Source: Myxococcota bacterium (GTDB taxonomy: Bacteria > Myxococcota_A > UBA796 > GCA-2862545). Taken from it: a DNA stretch of 21,945 bases. The position numbers and the translations under genes were made by a program. The stretch spans positions 1-21,945 of the forward strand of contig JBCCQY010000160.1 in the NCBI GenBank assembly GCA_039208735.1, written 5' to 3'. Under the pieces are notes generated by a model, which was given only the letters and a program-made list of their open reading frames with translations, ran no database searches and was not told the origin of the DNA. Below, piece by piece: positions 8,731 to 18,132 of the stretch (within the stretch, counting starts at the first letter, position 1; each line of letters begins with the position of its first letter).

Positions 8731-10148
8731 TCTTCGCGCTCTGCGCCCTCGCCGGCGCGACCGAGCTACCCGAGCTGAACGCACCCGATCGGTCCGCGCC
8801 GCCCGCGGTCGACCCGCCCGCGCTGCTCGAGTTGGATGAAGCACAGCAGATGACGTTGTCCAATGGCGTTCACGTCGAGTTTGTGCGGGTGCCCGGGGTA
8901 CGGCGCGTCGAGGTCGACGTGCGCATCGAACGGGGTCAAACCGCGCTGCCGGACATCCCAATGGCCCAATGGCAGATGCTTAATGCAGCCCTTGGCGATG
9001 CGACGCGCAACCGTTCTCCCGAGGCCGTCTCGATCTACACCGACCTCTACGACATCGACCTGAACTACTCGGTGAGCGTCCGACGAGGCCGCGCGGACAT
9101 TTCGGTGCCCCGTGAGAACCTGGCGCAGGCGGTAGAACTCCTGGCCGAGACCATCGCCGAGCCAGCGTTTCTTCGCAAGGAACTTCGCCGATCGGCGCGA
9201 AACACCCTGCAATGGGTGGTCGGGCAAGCCCAGCATCGCTTCAGCACGACCGCCAACTACGCCATGGTCTACCACTGGTACCGTGACCATCCCTTTGGTC
9301 GTCGACCGGACTACGCAGGTGCGTTGCGCGTCAAGCCGTCCCAGCTCACCAAGTTGTACGAACGATGGCGGGACGGAGCGCCTGCCATTGTCTCGGTGGC
9401 CGGCGATGTGTCGTGGAGCGACGTCGAGCCCCTGCTCGAGGCTCACCTCGTACCCCTCACACGGCCCGGCCACCGGGCGCCTCCAGTGCCCGAAGTGGTG
9501 CCTCCGGCAGCGTCCGTGTTGGGCATCGACATGCCGGGGAGCTCACAGGCCATGATCCAGCTCCTGGCCGAGGGCCCCCGCCGCGACTCGCCCGAATTCG
9601 CAACTGCGAACGCTGCGAATTTCGCATTGGGGGGTCACTTTCTGTCGAGGCTGAATGCCAACCTTCGTGAAGACAAGGGGCTGACCTACGGGGCGCGATC
9701 GAACCTGTACGCGTTCCTCAACCTGTCGCGGTGGACCTTGTCGGTCGAAGTGCGGGGCAAGGATGTCGGGGCGGCGCTCACCGAAGTCCGGCATGAGCTG
9801 GCTCGGCTCCTCGATGAAGGCATCACCCCGGCCGAACTCGACGCGGCGTGGCGGGCCGAAGCCGTCGCCTGGAATACGGTTCGCGCCAACGCTTCCAGCG
9901 CCTCGAATCAGTACACCACCATGGCCGAGCACGGCGACACGGCGGCGGACGTACGAACCCGAATCGAGCAACTCGCCAACCTCGACCTAAGCACGGTTGG
10001 CCCGACCGTTCGCACCTACCTCGACGCCAGCGCGCCCCACCTTTGGGTCTTCGTCGGCGACCGCGCTACGCTCGAGCCGCAACTCGCGGAGTTCGGACTC
10101 GAACCTCGGTGGATCACCGCCGCTCAAGCGGTGAACGGCCGGTTCTGA
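8727..10148 (+). CDS. M16 peptidase non-catalytic partner subunit
   Basis: ATG 8727 overlaps the upstream stop (ATGA). LSNGV present and HxxEH absent. Carries the R/Y motif SRLNANLREDKGLTYGA typical of the second M16B subunit. Confidence 0.88.
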   Translation: MIFALCALAGATELPELNAPDRSAPPAVDPPALLELDEAQQMTLSNGVHVEFVRVPGVRRVEVDVRIERGQTALPDIPMAQWQMLNAALGDATRNRSPEAVSIYTDLYDIDLNYSVSVRRGRADISVPRENLAQAVELLAETIAEPAFLRKELRRSARNTLQWVVGQAQHRFSTTANYAMVYHWYRDHPFGRRPDYAGALRVKPSQLTKLYERWRDGAPAIVSVAGDVSWSDVEPLLEAHLVPLTRPGHRAPPVPEVVPPAASVLGIDMPGSSQAMIQLLAEGPRRDSPEFATANAANFALGGHFLSRLNANLREDKGLTYGARSNLYAFLNLSRWTLSVEVRGKDVGAALTEVRHELARLLDEGITPAELDAAWRAEAVAWNTVRANASSASNQYTTMAEHGDTAADVRTRIEQLANLDLSTVGPTVRTYLDASAPHLWVFVGDRATLEPQLAEFGLEPRWITAAQAVNGRF

Positions 10149-10214
10149 TCAGCAGCAAGCAACGCCTGCACGAAATCAGAACAGCAGCAAGCAAAGCTTG
10201 CGCGAGTCTGATCA
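10144..10214. repeat. Imperfect ~32-bp tandem repeat (about 2.25 copies) with internal palindrome, between convergent genes
   Basis: TCTGATCAGCAGCAAGCAACGCCTGCACGAAA / TCAGAACAGCAGCAAGCAAAGCTTGCGCGAG / TCTGATCA. The 13-mer CAGCAGCAAGCAA is exact at 10150 and 10182. Confidence 0.75.
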
Positions 10215-10231
10215 CCGCTGGGCCGACGCGG

Positions 10232-11407
10232 TCACTCCCAACGGCGGGAATCCACCAGTGGCGATGCTCCATCGGCAATCGTGCCCGGCGGCACCACCTC
10301 CACCTCGATCTTGATCTTCACCGAACTCGGGGCCGCCGCGGCAAGGTCGGACGCCACCGTTCCCGTCCCATCCGGCGCCTCGACCCTAACGACAAGCCGA
10401 TCCTTGTGGTCCTCTCTCGTGATTGTACCCTGCCATCGCGTCACCGAGGGAAAGCGTCTCACCAACGCCGCGAGTTGGCGAGGATGCACGAACATGCCGC
10501 GCACCTTGACCGCGGCGTCCGCACGTCCCTGCCACCCCATGAGACGTGGCGAGATGCGCCCACACGTGCACGGTGCCATCTCGAGGCTCGAGAGATCCCC
10601 CACGCCAAACCGCACCAGCGCATAGTGAGGAGACATCGAGGTCACCACGACCTCGCCGACCTCGCCGGGAGGCAGAGGAGCCCCTGTGGTGAGGTCGCAA
10701 ATCTCGATCCAGACGTCGTCGGGCACATGCCAACCCGCCAACGCGTCACACTCGAAGCCCAAGTTGCCCGTCTCCGCGGTACCGTAGCCCTGACGAACGG
10801 TCACCCCTCGGTCCTGCAACGCCGACCGCAACGATGGTGGAAGCGGTTCCGCGGTCACGAACGCACGCTCGAACGCCAGCGTCAACCCAAGCGCATCCGC
10901 CTTGTCGAAGAGCGCCTTTAGGTAGGATGGCAGCCCGACGTAGCCCGTCACGCCCAACTGGTGGAGCAACCGGACTTGCTGCTCTTGGTTGCCCACCCCG
11001 CCCGGCACGACCACGCAGCCGACTGCACGCAAGCCCTCATGGAACATGATGCCAGCCGGCGACAGGTGGTACCCAAACGCGTTGAGAACCCGTTCGCCCG
11101 GCGAGAAGCCCGCCGTGCGCAGAGCCGAGGCCCATCGCCACGCATCGGGCACTGCAGGTTCTGGCGTGTAGATGGGCCCAGGAGACTGGTAGATGCCCTT
11201 CAGCTCCGACGGGTCGACCGCCAGGAGCCCTCCGAAGGGAGGGTTTTCCCCTTGCAACGACACAAGCTCGCTCTTGCGTTGAACGGGTAACGCCGCCAGA
11301 TCATCGAGCGTCCGGATCTGACTTGCTTCCAGCCCGGCGGCCTTGAGGCGTTGCGCGAACGCAGGCGCACGAGCCACGAAGTGTTCGATCAGCGCAGGCA
11401 GGTCCAT
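10232..11407 (-). CDS. Phenylacetate-CoA ligase (PaaK-like) family AMP-binding protein
   Basis: IYQSPGPIY, NAFGYHLSPAG, VTAEPLPPSLR, QGYGTAETG, VRFGVGDLS, GRADAAVKVRGMFVHP. ATG 11407 has GGAGGA upstream. Alternative GTG start at 11428 overlaps the upstream stop. Confidence 0.88.
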   Translation of the reverse strand: MDLPALIEHFVARAPAFAQRLKAAGLEASQIRTLDDLAALPVQRKSELVSLQGENPPFGGLLAVDPSELKGIYQSPGPIYTPEPAVPDAWRWASALRTAGFSPGERVLNAFGYHLSPAGIMFHEGLRAVGCVVVPGGVGNQEQQVRLLHQLGVTGYVGLPSYLKALFDKADALGLTLAFERAFVTAEPLPPSLRSALQDRGVTVRQGYGTAETGNLGFECDALAGWHVPDDVWIEICDLTTGAPLPPGEVGEVVVTSMSPHYALVRFGVGDLSSLEMAPCTCGRISPRLMGWQGRADAAVKVRGMFVHPRQLAALVRRFPSVTRWQGTITREDHKDRLVVRVEAPDGTGTVASDLAAAAPSSVKIKIEVEVVPPGTIADGASPLVDSRRWE

Positions 11408-11424
11408 GGGTCCTCCAGACGCCG

Positions 11425-12216
11425 TCACGAAAGCCAGCGTTTGCGGCGGCGGTAGTGCTTCACATCACGATACGACTTGCGGTCCCCACGCTGCGACATG
11501 CCCAGGTAGAACTCCTGGACGTCCGCGTTGCCCTCGAGTTCGGCTGGCGTTCCTTCCAACACGATCCGGCCGCCCTCCATGATGTAGGCGTGGTCCGCGA
11601 TGTCCAATGCGCGCCGGGCGTTCTGTTCGACGAGGAGAATGGTGGTGCCTCGCTCCTCTCTGATGCGGCGTACGATCTCGAAAATTTCGGCCACGAGCAA
11701 CGGCGCGAGCCCGAGTGACGGCTCATCGAGCAACATGAGGGCCGGTTTGGCCATGAGCGCACGCCCGATCGCCAACATCTGCTGTTCTCCGCCCGAGAGG
11801 TACCCGGCGATCTGACGACGCCGCTCTTTCAGGCGCGGAAACCAATCGTAGATGCCGTCGAGATCGGTCGCACCAATACGGTCGCGACGGGTGTGCCCGC
11901 CGGCCAGCAGGTTCTCTTCGACGGTGAGATGCTCGAAGACCCGTCGACCCTCCATCACCTGGAAGATGCCCTGACGAACGATGTGTTCGGGCCGGGCGTG
12001 CTGGATGGGCTCGCCGCGCCAGGTGATGGTGCCATCGCTCACGGCTCCGCGCTCTGGGCCCAGCAACCCCGAGATCGCCTTGAGGGTGGTCGTCTTGCCA
12101 GCTCCATTCGAACCGAGCAACGCGACCACCTTGCCCTCTGGCACCTCCATGGACATGCCCTTGAGCACCAGGATCACCTGGTCGTAGCGAACCTCGACGT
12201 TGGCCAGGCTCAGCAT
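11425..12216 (-). CDS. livF: Liv-type (HAAT) ABC transporter ATP-binding protein, LivF-like
   Basis: Walker A GSNGAGKTT, signature LSGGEQQ, Walker B LLDEPSLGLAP, LVEQN. Start re-assigned to ATG 12216 (MLSLANVEV), 1 nt after the upstream stop. Confidence 0.93.
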   Translation of the reverse strand: MLSLANVEVRYDQVILVLKGMSMEVPEGKVVALLGSNGAGKTTTLKAISGLLGPERGAVSDGTITWRGEPIQHARPEHIVRQGIFQVMEGRRVFEHLTVEENLLAGGHTRRDRIGATDLDGIYDWFPRLKERRRQIAGYLSGGEQQMLAIGRALMAKPALMLLDEPSLGLAPLLVAEIFEIVRRIREERGTTILLVEQNARRALDIADHAYIMEGGRIVLEGTPAELEGNADVQEFYLGMSQRGDRKSYRDVKHYRRRKRWLS

Positions 12217-12217
12217 G

Positions 12218-13474
12218 TCAGGGAGTCTCTGGAACAGGTTCGGCCGGCACCGCATCCGCGGGAGGGGCCACCGGATCCTGGGCCGAGGTGAACCCATCGC
12301 CAATGGCCACCCACTTGCCATCCACCACCTTGTGTAGGCGAAGAGCGGTGTTTCCGCGGTGGCTTTCAGGAGTAAAGGTGATGGGTGCGGTGATGCCGCC
12401 GGTCTCGAAGTCCTTCAGGGTTTCGAGCGACGCCTTGATTTTGGCACCGTCGAGGTTGCCCTCGGGGTCTTGGCGAAGCGCTCGGGCCGCTCCTTCGAGC
12501 ATGACCGCCGCCGACCACCAACCTTGGGTGTAGTGCAGCCCTTTCTCGGCGAGCGAGCTTCCTTTGGACGCGAGGTAAGCGCCGGGGGCCTTCGACCCTT
12601 CAAGCCCCTCCGCCGGAATCGCGAACGGAATGGCGCCGACCACACCCTCCGCCGCCTCACCGGCAAGCTGAAGCAGGATCTCGTCCGCCACCCACACCAG
12701 GCCGACAAACGTAAGATCGAGGCCCTGCGTCTTGGCATCTTTGATCAGCACCGCCGCAGGCCCTGCCGTGTTGTGGATCACGACGTGGGTGGCTCCGGCG
12801 GCTTGCACCCGCGCCAATTCGGCCACAAAGTCCGTGGCGCCCCGCGGCATCGTAATCGCGGTGAGTTCTACCCCGTTAGCCTCGGCAAACGCCCGGGCAT
12901 CGGCCAACGGAGACTCCCCAAACGGACTGTCGTGATGGAGCAGCGCCACCTTCGCAGACCCTTCGCCCCCCTTCGCCCGATGGTCCTCAAGCGCATAACG
13001 AACGCCGATGATCGCCTGATCCGAGTAGGTGGTCCCAACGAGGAAATTGTAGGGCGCTTCATCGATCTTCGCGAGCTGGGCCGAGTAGGAGGCCGACATG
13101 AACGGCACCTGGTCCGACGCGATGCGACCGCGCAATGCCTCGGTGTCACCCGTGCCCCAGCCAAAGAACAGCACCGCGCCCTGCGAAACGTAGCGGGTGT
13201 AGAGCTGCTCGGCGCGGTCCACCTTGTAGGCGTAGTCGGCCGAGAGCAGCTTGAGCGGGCGGCCTTCGATGCCTCCTTGGTCGTTGGTCCACGCGACATA
13301 GTCCTTCATGCCTTCGGCATAGGTCGCGCCCACATCCGAGGTGGCCCCCGTCAAGTCGAAGATTGCACCAATAATGATGGGCTCGGGGCCCGCATCTGCG
13401 GCGGGCTCGGAGCTCCCACAGGCCGTGAGGACCGTCAGCGCGAGCAGCCCTAGGGCGTGAAACCAGTTCAACAT
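12218..13474 (-). CDS. Liv-type ABC transporter substrate-binding lipoprotein (periplasmic binding protein type 1)
   Basis: Lipobox VLTAC; IGAIFDLTGATS; NDQGGIEGRPLKL; GWGTGDT. ATG at 13474 with GAGAGG upstream. Confidence 0.92.
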   Translation of the reverse strand: MLNWFHALGLLALTVLTACGSSEPAADAGPEPIIIGAIFDLTGATSDVGATYAEGMKDYVAWTNDQGGIEGRPLKLLSADYAYKVDRAEQLYTRYVSQGAVLFFGWGTGDTEALRGRIASDQVPFMSASYSAQLAKIDEAPYNFLVGTTYSDQAIIGVRYALEDHRAKGGEGSAKVALLHHDSPFGESPLADARAFAEANGVELTAITMPRGATDFVAELARVQAAGATHVVIHNTAGPAAVLIKDAKTQGLDLTFVGLVWVADEILLQLAGEAAEGVVGAIPFAIPAEGLEGSKAPGAYLASKGSSLAEKGLHYTQGWWSAAVMLEGAARALRQDPEGNLDGAKIKASLETLKDFETGGITAPITFTPESHRGNTALRLHKVVDGKWVAIGDGFTSAQDPVAPPADAVPAEPVPETP

Positions 13475-13484
13475 CAACGTCCTC

Positions 13485-14534
13485 TCACTTCTCGTAGTCG
13501 AAGGGCCAAAGCCAGAAATAGTCCTTCACGTTCTTCCAGATCTCGCTGAGGCCTCGCGGCTCGAAGATGAGGAAAAACATGATAGTCAAGCCGAATACGG
13601 CCTGTTGTACGTACGGAATCGTGGCATCGATCGATGGAATCGTCTCGGACAGAGCGTAGCCAACCTCGGTGATGAGGGCCGGCAGCACGGTGAGCAACAC
13701 AGCCCCCAGGAACGACCCCGTCACGGACCCCAACCCACCGATGATGATCATGGACAGGTAGAGGATCGAGACCTCGATGGTGAAGCGCTCCCACGTGACG
13801 ATGCCGCGATAGTGCGCGGTCAACGCACCGGCGACGCCAACGATGCCCGACGACAGCGCAAAGGCGATGAGCTTCGTCGAAAAGACGTTCACCCCCATGG
13901 CGCTCGCCGCGATGTCCTGGTCGCGGATGGCCACGAAGGCGCGGCCGTAATGCGTACGAAGCAGGTTGAGGTTCGCGAGCGCCGCCAGCGCAGCACACCC
14001 TGCACCCAACCAGTAGAAGTTGAAGTCATCGCGGAAGGACACACCAAACAGCATGGGATCCGGCACTACGATGGCCTCCTTGCCGCCGGTCAGTGCGTCC
14101 CAGTGGGTGACCACCCACAGGATGATTTCCTGGGCCGCAAGTGTAGCAATCGCCAGATACAATCCCTTTAGTCGCAGAGATGGGATCCCGAACAGGAGCC
14201 CCACGACCGCGGCGGCCCCGGCTCCTGCCAACGTCGACAGGGTCCAGTGGACGTCCAGGTTCACCGTGAGCAGGGCTGCAGTGTAGGCCCCCACGGCCAT
14301 GAACCCACCCTGACCCAGCGAGATCTGACCGGTGTAGCCCACAAGGATGTTGAGTCCGATCGCACCCACCGTGGCAATCGCGATTTGGTTCGCGATGGTG
14401 AGTGCATAGCGGTCGGCGAAGAATGGAAACGCCACCACCGCACCCACGAACAGGGCCAGCCGAATCCACTCTGCCCGGGTCTTCCGAAGCGCCATGTCGG
14501 CGCGGTAATTGGTTTGGTAGATCCCGGATTCCAT
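13485..14534 (-). CDS. livM: Liv-type ABC transporter permease, LivM-like
   Basis: GLNILVGYTGQISLGQGGFMAVGAY, LRLKGLYLAIATLA, GRAFVAIRD, IIGGLGS; multiple TM segments. Confidence 0.93.
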   Translation of the reverse strand: MESGIYQTNYRADMALRKTRAEWIRLALFVGAVVAFPFFADRYALTIANQIAIATVGAIGLNILVGYTGQISLGQGGFMAVGAYTAALLTVNLDVHWTLSTLAGAGAAAVVGLLFGIPSLRLKGLYLAIATLAAQEIILWVVTHWDALTGGKEAIVVPDPMLFGVSFRDDFNFYWLGAGCAALAALANLNLLRTHYGRAFVAIRDQDIAASAMGVNVFSTKLIAFALSSGIVGVAGALTAHYRGIVTWERFTIEVSILYLSMIIIGGLGSVTGSFLGAVLLTVLPALITEVGYALSETIPSIDATIPYVQQAVFGLTIMFFLIFEPRGLSEIWKNVKDYFWLWPFDYEK

Positions 14535-15407
14535 CTAGACGCGCTCCACGCGTTGCTCGCCGAAGAGGCCGTAGGGCCGCACGAGCAGGATGCCGACAAG
14601 AATGATGTAGGGCAGCACCTGCTCGAGGCCATCGCCGATGTAGCCCCGCGTATACGCCTGCAAAAGCCCGATGATGAGCCCGCCCACGACCGCACCGGGA
14701 ATGGAGTCCAGCCCGCCCACGATGACCACGGGAAAGACGTAGAGCCCAAAGTGACCGAGTTCAGGTCCCACTCCCACGATGTTCGCCACGATGGCCCCGC
14801 CCAGGGCGGCCGACACCGCGCCAATCGCCCACGCCCAACCGAAGACCCGGTTCACGCTGATGCCCATGCTCATGGCGGCCTGCTGATCATCCGCCACCGC
14901 GCGCATCGCGATGCCTTGACGGGTAAGCCGGAAGAACAGCGTAAAGCCGGCCAGCAGCACCACCGCGACCACGATGGCCCAAAGCCGGTCGGTGCCTACG
15001 GTGGCCGGTCCGATCGAGACGGGCTCGCTGGGAATGAACGAGGGAAAGGCGCGCGGCTGAGTGCCCCAGATCATCCCCACGAACGCCCGAAGTACGCTCG
15101 ACAAACCAATGGTCACCATGATGAGAGAAATGATCGGTTCGCCGACCATTTGGCGGAGCACGAGGCGTTCGACAAGGGCTCCCATCACGACCGCGGCCAC
15201 GATCGTTAGCCCCATCCCCACCGGCCACGGAAGACCGAGCTGCACGATGGCCGCGTAGGCGAAGTAGGCCCCCAGCAACAGGAACTCGCCCTGGGCGAAG
15301 TTCAGCACGTCACTCGCCTTGTAGATCAGCACGAACCCCAAGGCTGCGAGTGCGAGAATCGCGCCGTTGGTCAGGCCCGTCACTGTAAGCTGCACAAAGA
15401 GGTCCAT
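14535..15407 (-). CDS. livH: Liv-type ABC transporter permease, LivH-like
   Basis: ALGFVLIYKASDVLNFAQGE, GIAMRAVADD, VIVGGLDSIPGA, RPYGLFG. Confidence 0.93.
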   Translation of the reverse strand: MDLFVQLTVTGLTNGAILALAALGFVLIYKASDVLNFAQGEFLLLGAYFAYAAIVQLGLPWPVGMGLTIVAAVVMGALVERLVLRQMVGEPIISLIMVTIGLSSVLRAFVGMIWGTQPRAFPSFIPSEPVSIGPATVGTDRLWAIVVAVVLLAGFTLFFRLTRQGIAMRAVADDQQAAMSMGISVNRVFGWAWAIGAVSAALGGAIVANIVGVGPELGHFGLYVFPVVIVGGLDSIPGAVVGGLIIGLLQAYTRGYIGDGLEQVLPYIILVGILLVRPYGLFGEQRVERV

Positions 15408-17302
15408 CAGGGTTTCACCGGCGCTACGGTCTGGATGGTGAGGCTCGTTTCAATCACCGCGCTGGACCCGTCCTGGTAGTGGATGGTGCTGCGGACCTGC
15501 ACCGCATCGCCGTCGCCATACAATCCATCCACGATGTCGCGGTAGCGCTCGGCCACCAGGTTTCGGCGCACTTTGCGGGTCCTCGTCAGCTCGGCATCGT
15601 CGGCGTCGAGTTCTTTGTGCAAGAGCACGAAACGCCGTACTCGCGCGGCCTGTGGCATCTCCGCATTGCGACCCGCCACGTGCGCAAGCACCAACGCGTA
15701 GACCTCGGCCTTCTGTGCCAAGTCGGTGTAGGTCGTGTAGCCAATACGCTGGTTTTCAGACCATTTCCCAACGTTTGCGAAGTCGATGTTGAGCATGGCC
15801 GTCACGAAGGGCCAGTCCCCACCGCCAAACACCACGGCCTCTTTGACGTACGGGCTGAACTTCAGTTTGTTTTCGATGAACTGGGGACTGAAGAGCGTTC
15901 CGTCGGCCAGGGTCATCACGTCTTTGGCGCGGTCGAGCACCACGAGCTGGCCGCGGTCATCGAAGTAGCCAGCGTCGCCAGTCCGAAGCCAGCCGTCCGT
16001 CAACACCTCGGCCGTCGCCGCATCATTTCGGTAGTACCCCTGCATCACCGCGGGGCTTCGCACCAAAATCTGCCCATCGTCATCGAGACGAACTTCGGTT
16101 CCGGGTAGCGGTTCGCCCACCGTGTCGAAATCGATGGCCCCATCCCGATGAAGCACGGCGATACCCGACGTCTCCGTCTGGCCGTAGATCTGTTTCAGGT
16201 TCACCCCGAGCGCGTGGAAGAACCGGAAGACATCGGGCCCCAGAGCCGCCCCGCCTGTGTATGCGCGCACGAGCTGGGTGAGTCCGAGATGCTCCTTGAT
16301 GGGGCGCAGCACCGTGGCGTGGGCCAGGGCGTACGCAACCCGGAGGAACGGACCGGGGGTGCGTCCCGCAAACCGTGCATCCGCCATGCGATGACCGATC
16401 GCGAGCCCCCGACGATAGGCCCATCGCTTCAGGGGGGTGGTGTCTTCGATGCGGGATTGCACCTCGCTGACCAACGCTTCCCAAATTCGGGGTGGGTTGA
16501 ACATGACGCGAGGGGCGATTTCGCGAAGGTCACGGCGCGTGGTGGCGGTTCCCTCCGCGAAGCTCAAGGGAAACCCGACCGACAGCCCACACGCCACCGC
16601 CATCATCTGCTCCCCGATCCAGGCCAGAGGCAGCACGGACACGAAATCATCGCGGGGCTTAAGCGGATCCACGTCCATGAGCGTACGGCCCATCACCAGC
16701 AGATTTTCGTGGGTGAGCATGGCGAGTTTCGGGGTGCCCGTTGTGCCTGAAGTCGACGAGAGAATGGCCAAATCGCCGGGCTTCGTGCGCCGCACCCGTT
16801 CGGCAAACGCCTCCCGTCGACCCGCCCCCTCTGCCTGCACCTCGGTAAAGCGCATCAGCCAGGGCTCGTCGTAGCCTTCGAGGCCCCGAGGATCGTAGTA
16901 GACGACCTTGCGCACCTTGTCGCCCAGGCCGAGTTCGCGCACCTTGTCGACCTGTTCCTGGTCTTCGACGACGATGAACGAGACCTCGGCATGTTCAACG
17001 ATGTAGGCCAATTCCTGGCCAACCGCGTCCTGATAGACCCCGACCGACCGAGCCCCCGCCGCCTGGGCCGCAAGTTCGCTAATCAGCCATTCGGGCCGAT
17101 TGTCGCCGATGATGGCAAGCGTCTCTCCAGGCTGGAGGCCCAGCTCGACCAGCCCTTCGCAAAAGTCGGCCACCTGATCCGCGTACTCTCGCCAGCTCAG
17201 CGTCTTCCAGATGCCGTGGTGCCGTTCGCGGAGCGCGGGACGATGGGGCGTGCGCTCCGCGTGTCCCATGAGCAATCCCGGAAGGGTCTGTGGCCACGTC
17301 AT
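15407..17302 (-). CDS. Long-chain fatty acid-CoA ligase (AMP-binding, FadD-like)
   Basis: STSGTTGTPK, YGQTE, GWLRTGDAG, DRAKD, ELTRTRKVRR. Translationally coupled on both sides. Confidence 0.92.
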   Translation of the reverse strand: MTWPQTLPGLLMGHAERTPHRPALRERHHGIWKTLSWREYADQVADFCEGLVELGLQPGETLAIIGDNRPEWLISELAAQAAGARSVGVYQDAVGQELAYIVEHAEVSFIVVEDQEQVDKVRELGLGDKVRKVVYYDPRGLEGYDEPWLMRFTEVQAEGAGRREAFAERVRRTKPGDLAILSSTSGTTGTPKLAMLTHENLLVMGRTLMDVDPLKPRDDFVSVLPLAWIGEQMMAVACGLSVGFPLSFAEGTATTRRDLREIAPRVMFNPPRIWEALVSEVQSRIEDTTPLKRWAYRRGLAIGHRMADARFAGRTPGPFLRVAYALAHATVLRPIKEHLGLTQLVRAYTGGAALGPDVFRFFHALGVNLKQIYGQTETSGIAVLHRDGAIDFDTVGEPLPGTEVRLDDDGQILVRSPAVMQGYYRNDAATAEVLTDGWLRTGDAGYFDDRGQLVVLDRAKDVMTLADGTLFSPQFIENKLKFSPYVKEAVVFGGGDWPFVTAMLNIDFANVGKWSENQRIGYTTYTDLAQKAEVYALVLAHVAGRNAEMPQAARVRRFVLLHKELDADDAELTRTRKVRRNLVAERYRDIVDGLYGDGDAVQVRSTIHYQDGSSAVIETSLTIQTVAPVKP

Positions 17303-18132
17303 GCCGCCCCCTCCTCGCCCAGGTAAGCTTCGAGAACCCGGGGATCTCGGCTGACTTCATCTGGCCGGCCATCTGCGATCTTCGTCCCAAAGTCCAGCAC
17401 GGCAATGCGGTCGCTAATGTCCATGACCACGCCCATGTCGTGCTCAATGAGCAAGGTCGTGACGCCGTGGTGCTCGGCGACGTCGAGCACGAACCGCGCC
17501 ATGTCTTCCTTTTCTTCTGCGTTCATCCCGGCCATTGGCTCATCAAGCAACAACATCGCGGGACGCAAAGCAAGGGCCCGACCAAGTTCCACACGCTTTT
17601 GCAGTCCGTAGGCCAGCGAGCCGACCGGTCGGGTGCGGATCGCCCCGATTTCCAGCAGCTCAATGATGTCCTCGACGAACTCACGAAACCGGATTTGCTC
17701 GGCTTGGGCGGGTCCCCAGAACACTAGGCTCATGGGAAGGCTCGATCGCATGTGGACGTGACAGCCGGCGAGGAGGTTGTCGAGCACGGTCATGTGCTTG
17801 AACAGCTCGATGTTCTGAAATGACCGCGCCACGCCGAGCCGCGCGATGCGATGGGGTGGCAGCTTCGACGTCGTGTGGGACCGACCCTCGTTGTGAAACG
17901 TGATGACGCCCGTTTGCGCGCGGTACAGCCCGCTGATGCAATTGAGGAGGCTCGTCTTGCCCGCGCCATTTGGCCCGATGATGGCGACGACCTCCCCCTG
18001 GTGAACGTCGAAGTCGATCCCACGCAGGGCGTGAACGCCCCCAAAACGCAGGTCGAGGCCGCGGACAGAAAGTTGGAGTTCCCCCGGTTCAAGGGTGCTT
18101 CGGTTCAGGCGATGCGTGAAACCGCGCTGCAT
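17299..18132 (-). CDS. livG: Liv-type ABC transporter ATP-binding protein, LivG-like
   Basis: FGGVHAL, GPNGAGKTS, ARSFQNIELF, LAYGLQKRVELGRAL, LLLDEPMAGMN, IEHDM, EAYLG. Confidence 0.93.
   Translation of the reverse strand: MQRGFTHRLNRSTLEPGELQLSVRGLDLRFGGVHALRGIDFDVHQGEVVAIIGPNGAGKTSLLNCISGLYRAQTGVITFHNEGRSHTTSKLPPHRIARLGVARSFQNIELFKHMTVLDNLLAGCHVHMRSSLPMSLVFWGPAQAEQIRFREFVEDIIELLEIGAIRTRPVGSLAYGLQKRVELGRALALRPAMLLLDEPMAGMNAEEKEDMARFVLDVAEHHGVTTLLIEHDMGVVMDISDRIAVLDFGTKIADGRPDEVSRDPRVLEAYLGEEGAA

Noticed and set aside
10144..10214. Possible mini-CRISPR
   Set aside because: Units are head-to-tail with no spacers, and there are only about 2 copies.
9848..16750. Long plus-strand ORFs opposite the transporter operon (e.g. 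9848..10921, 12359..13453, 14247..15209, 15479..16108)
   Set aside because: Arg/His-rich antisense shadows typical of high-GC coding DNA, with no motifs.
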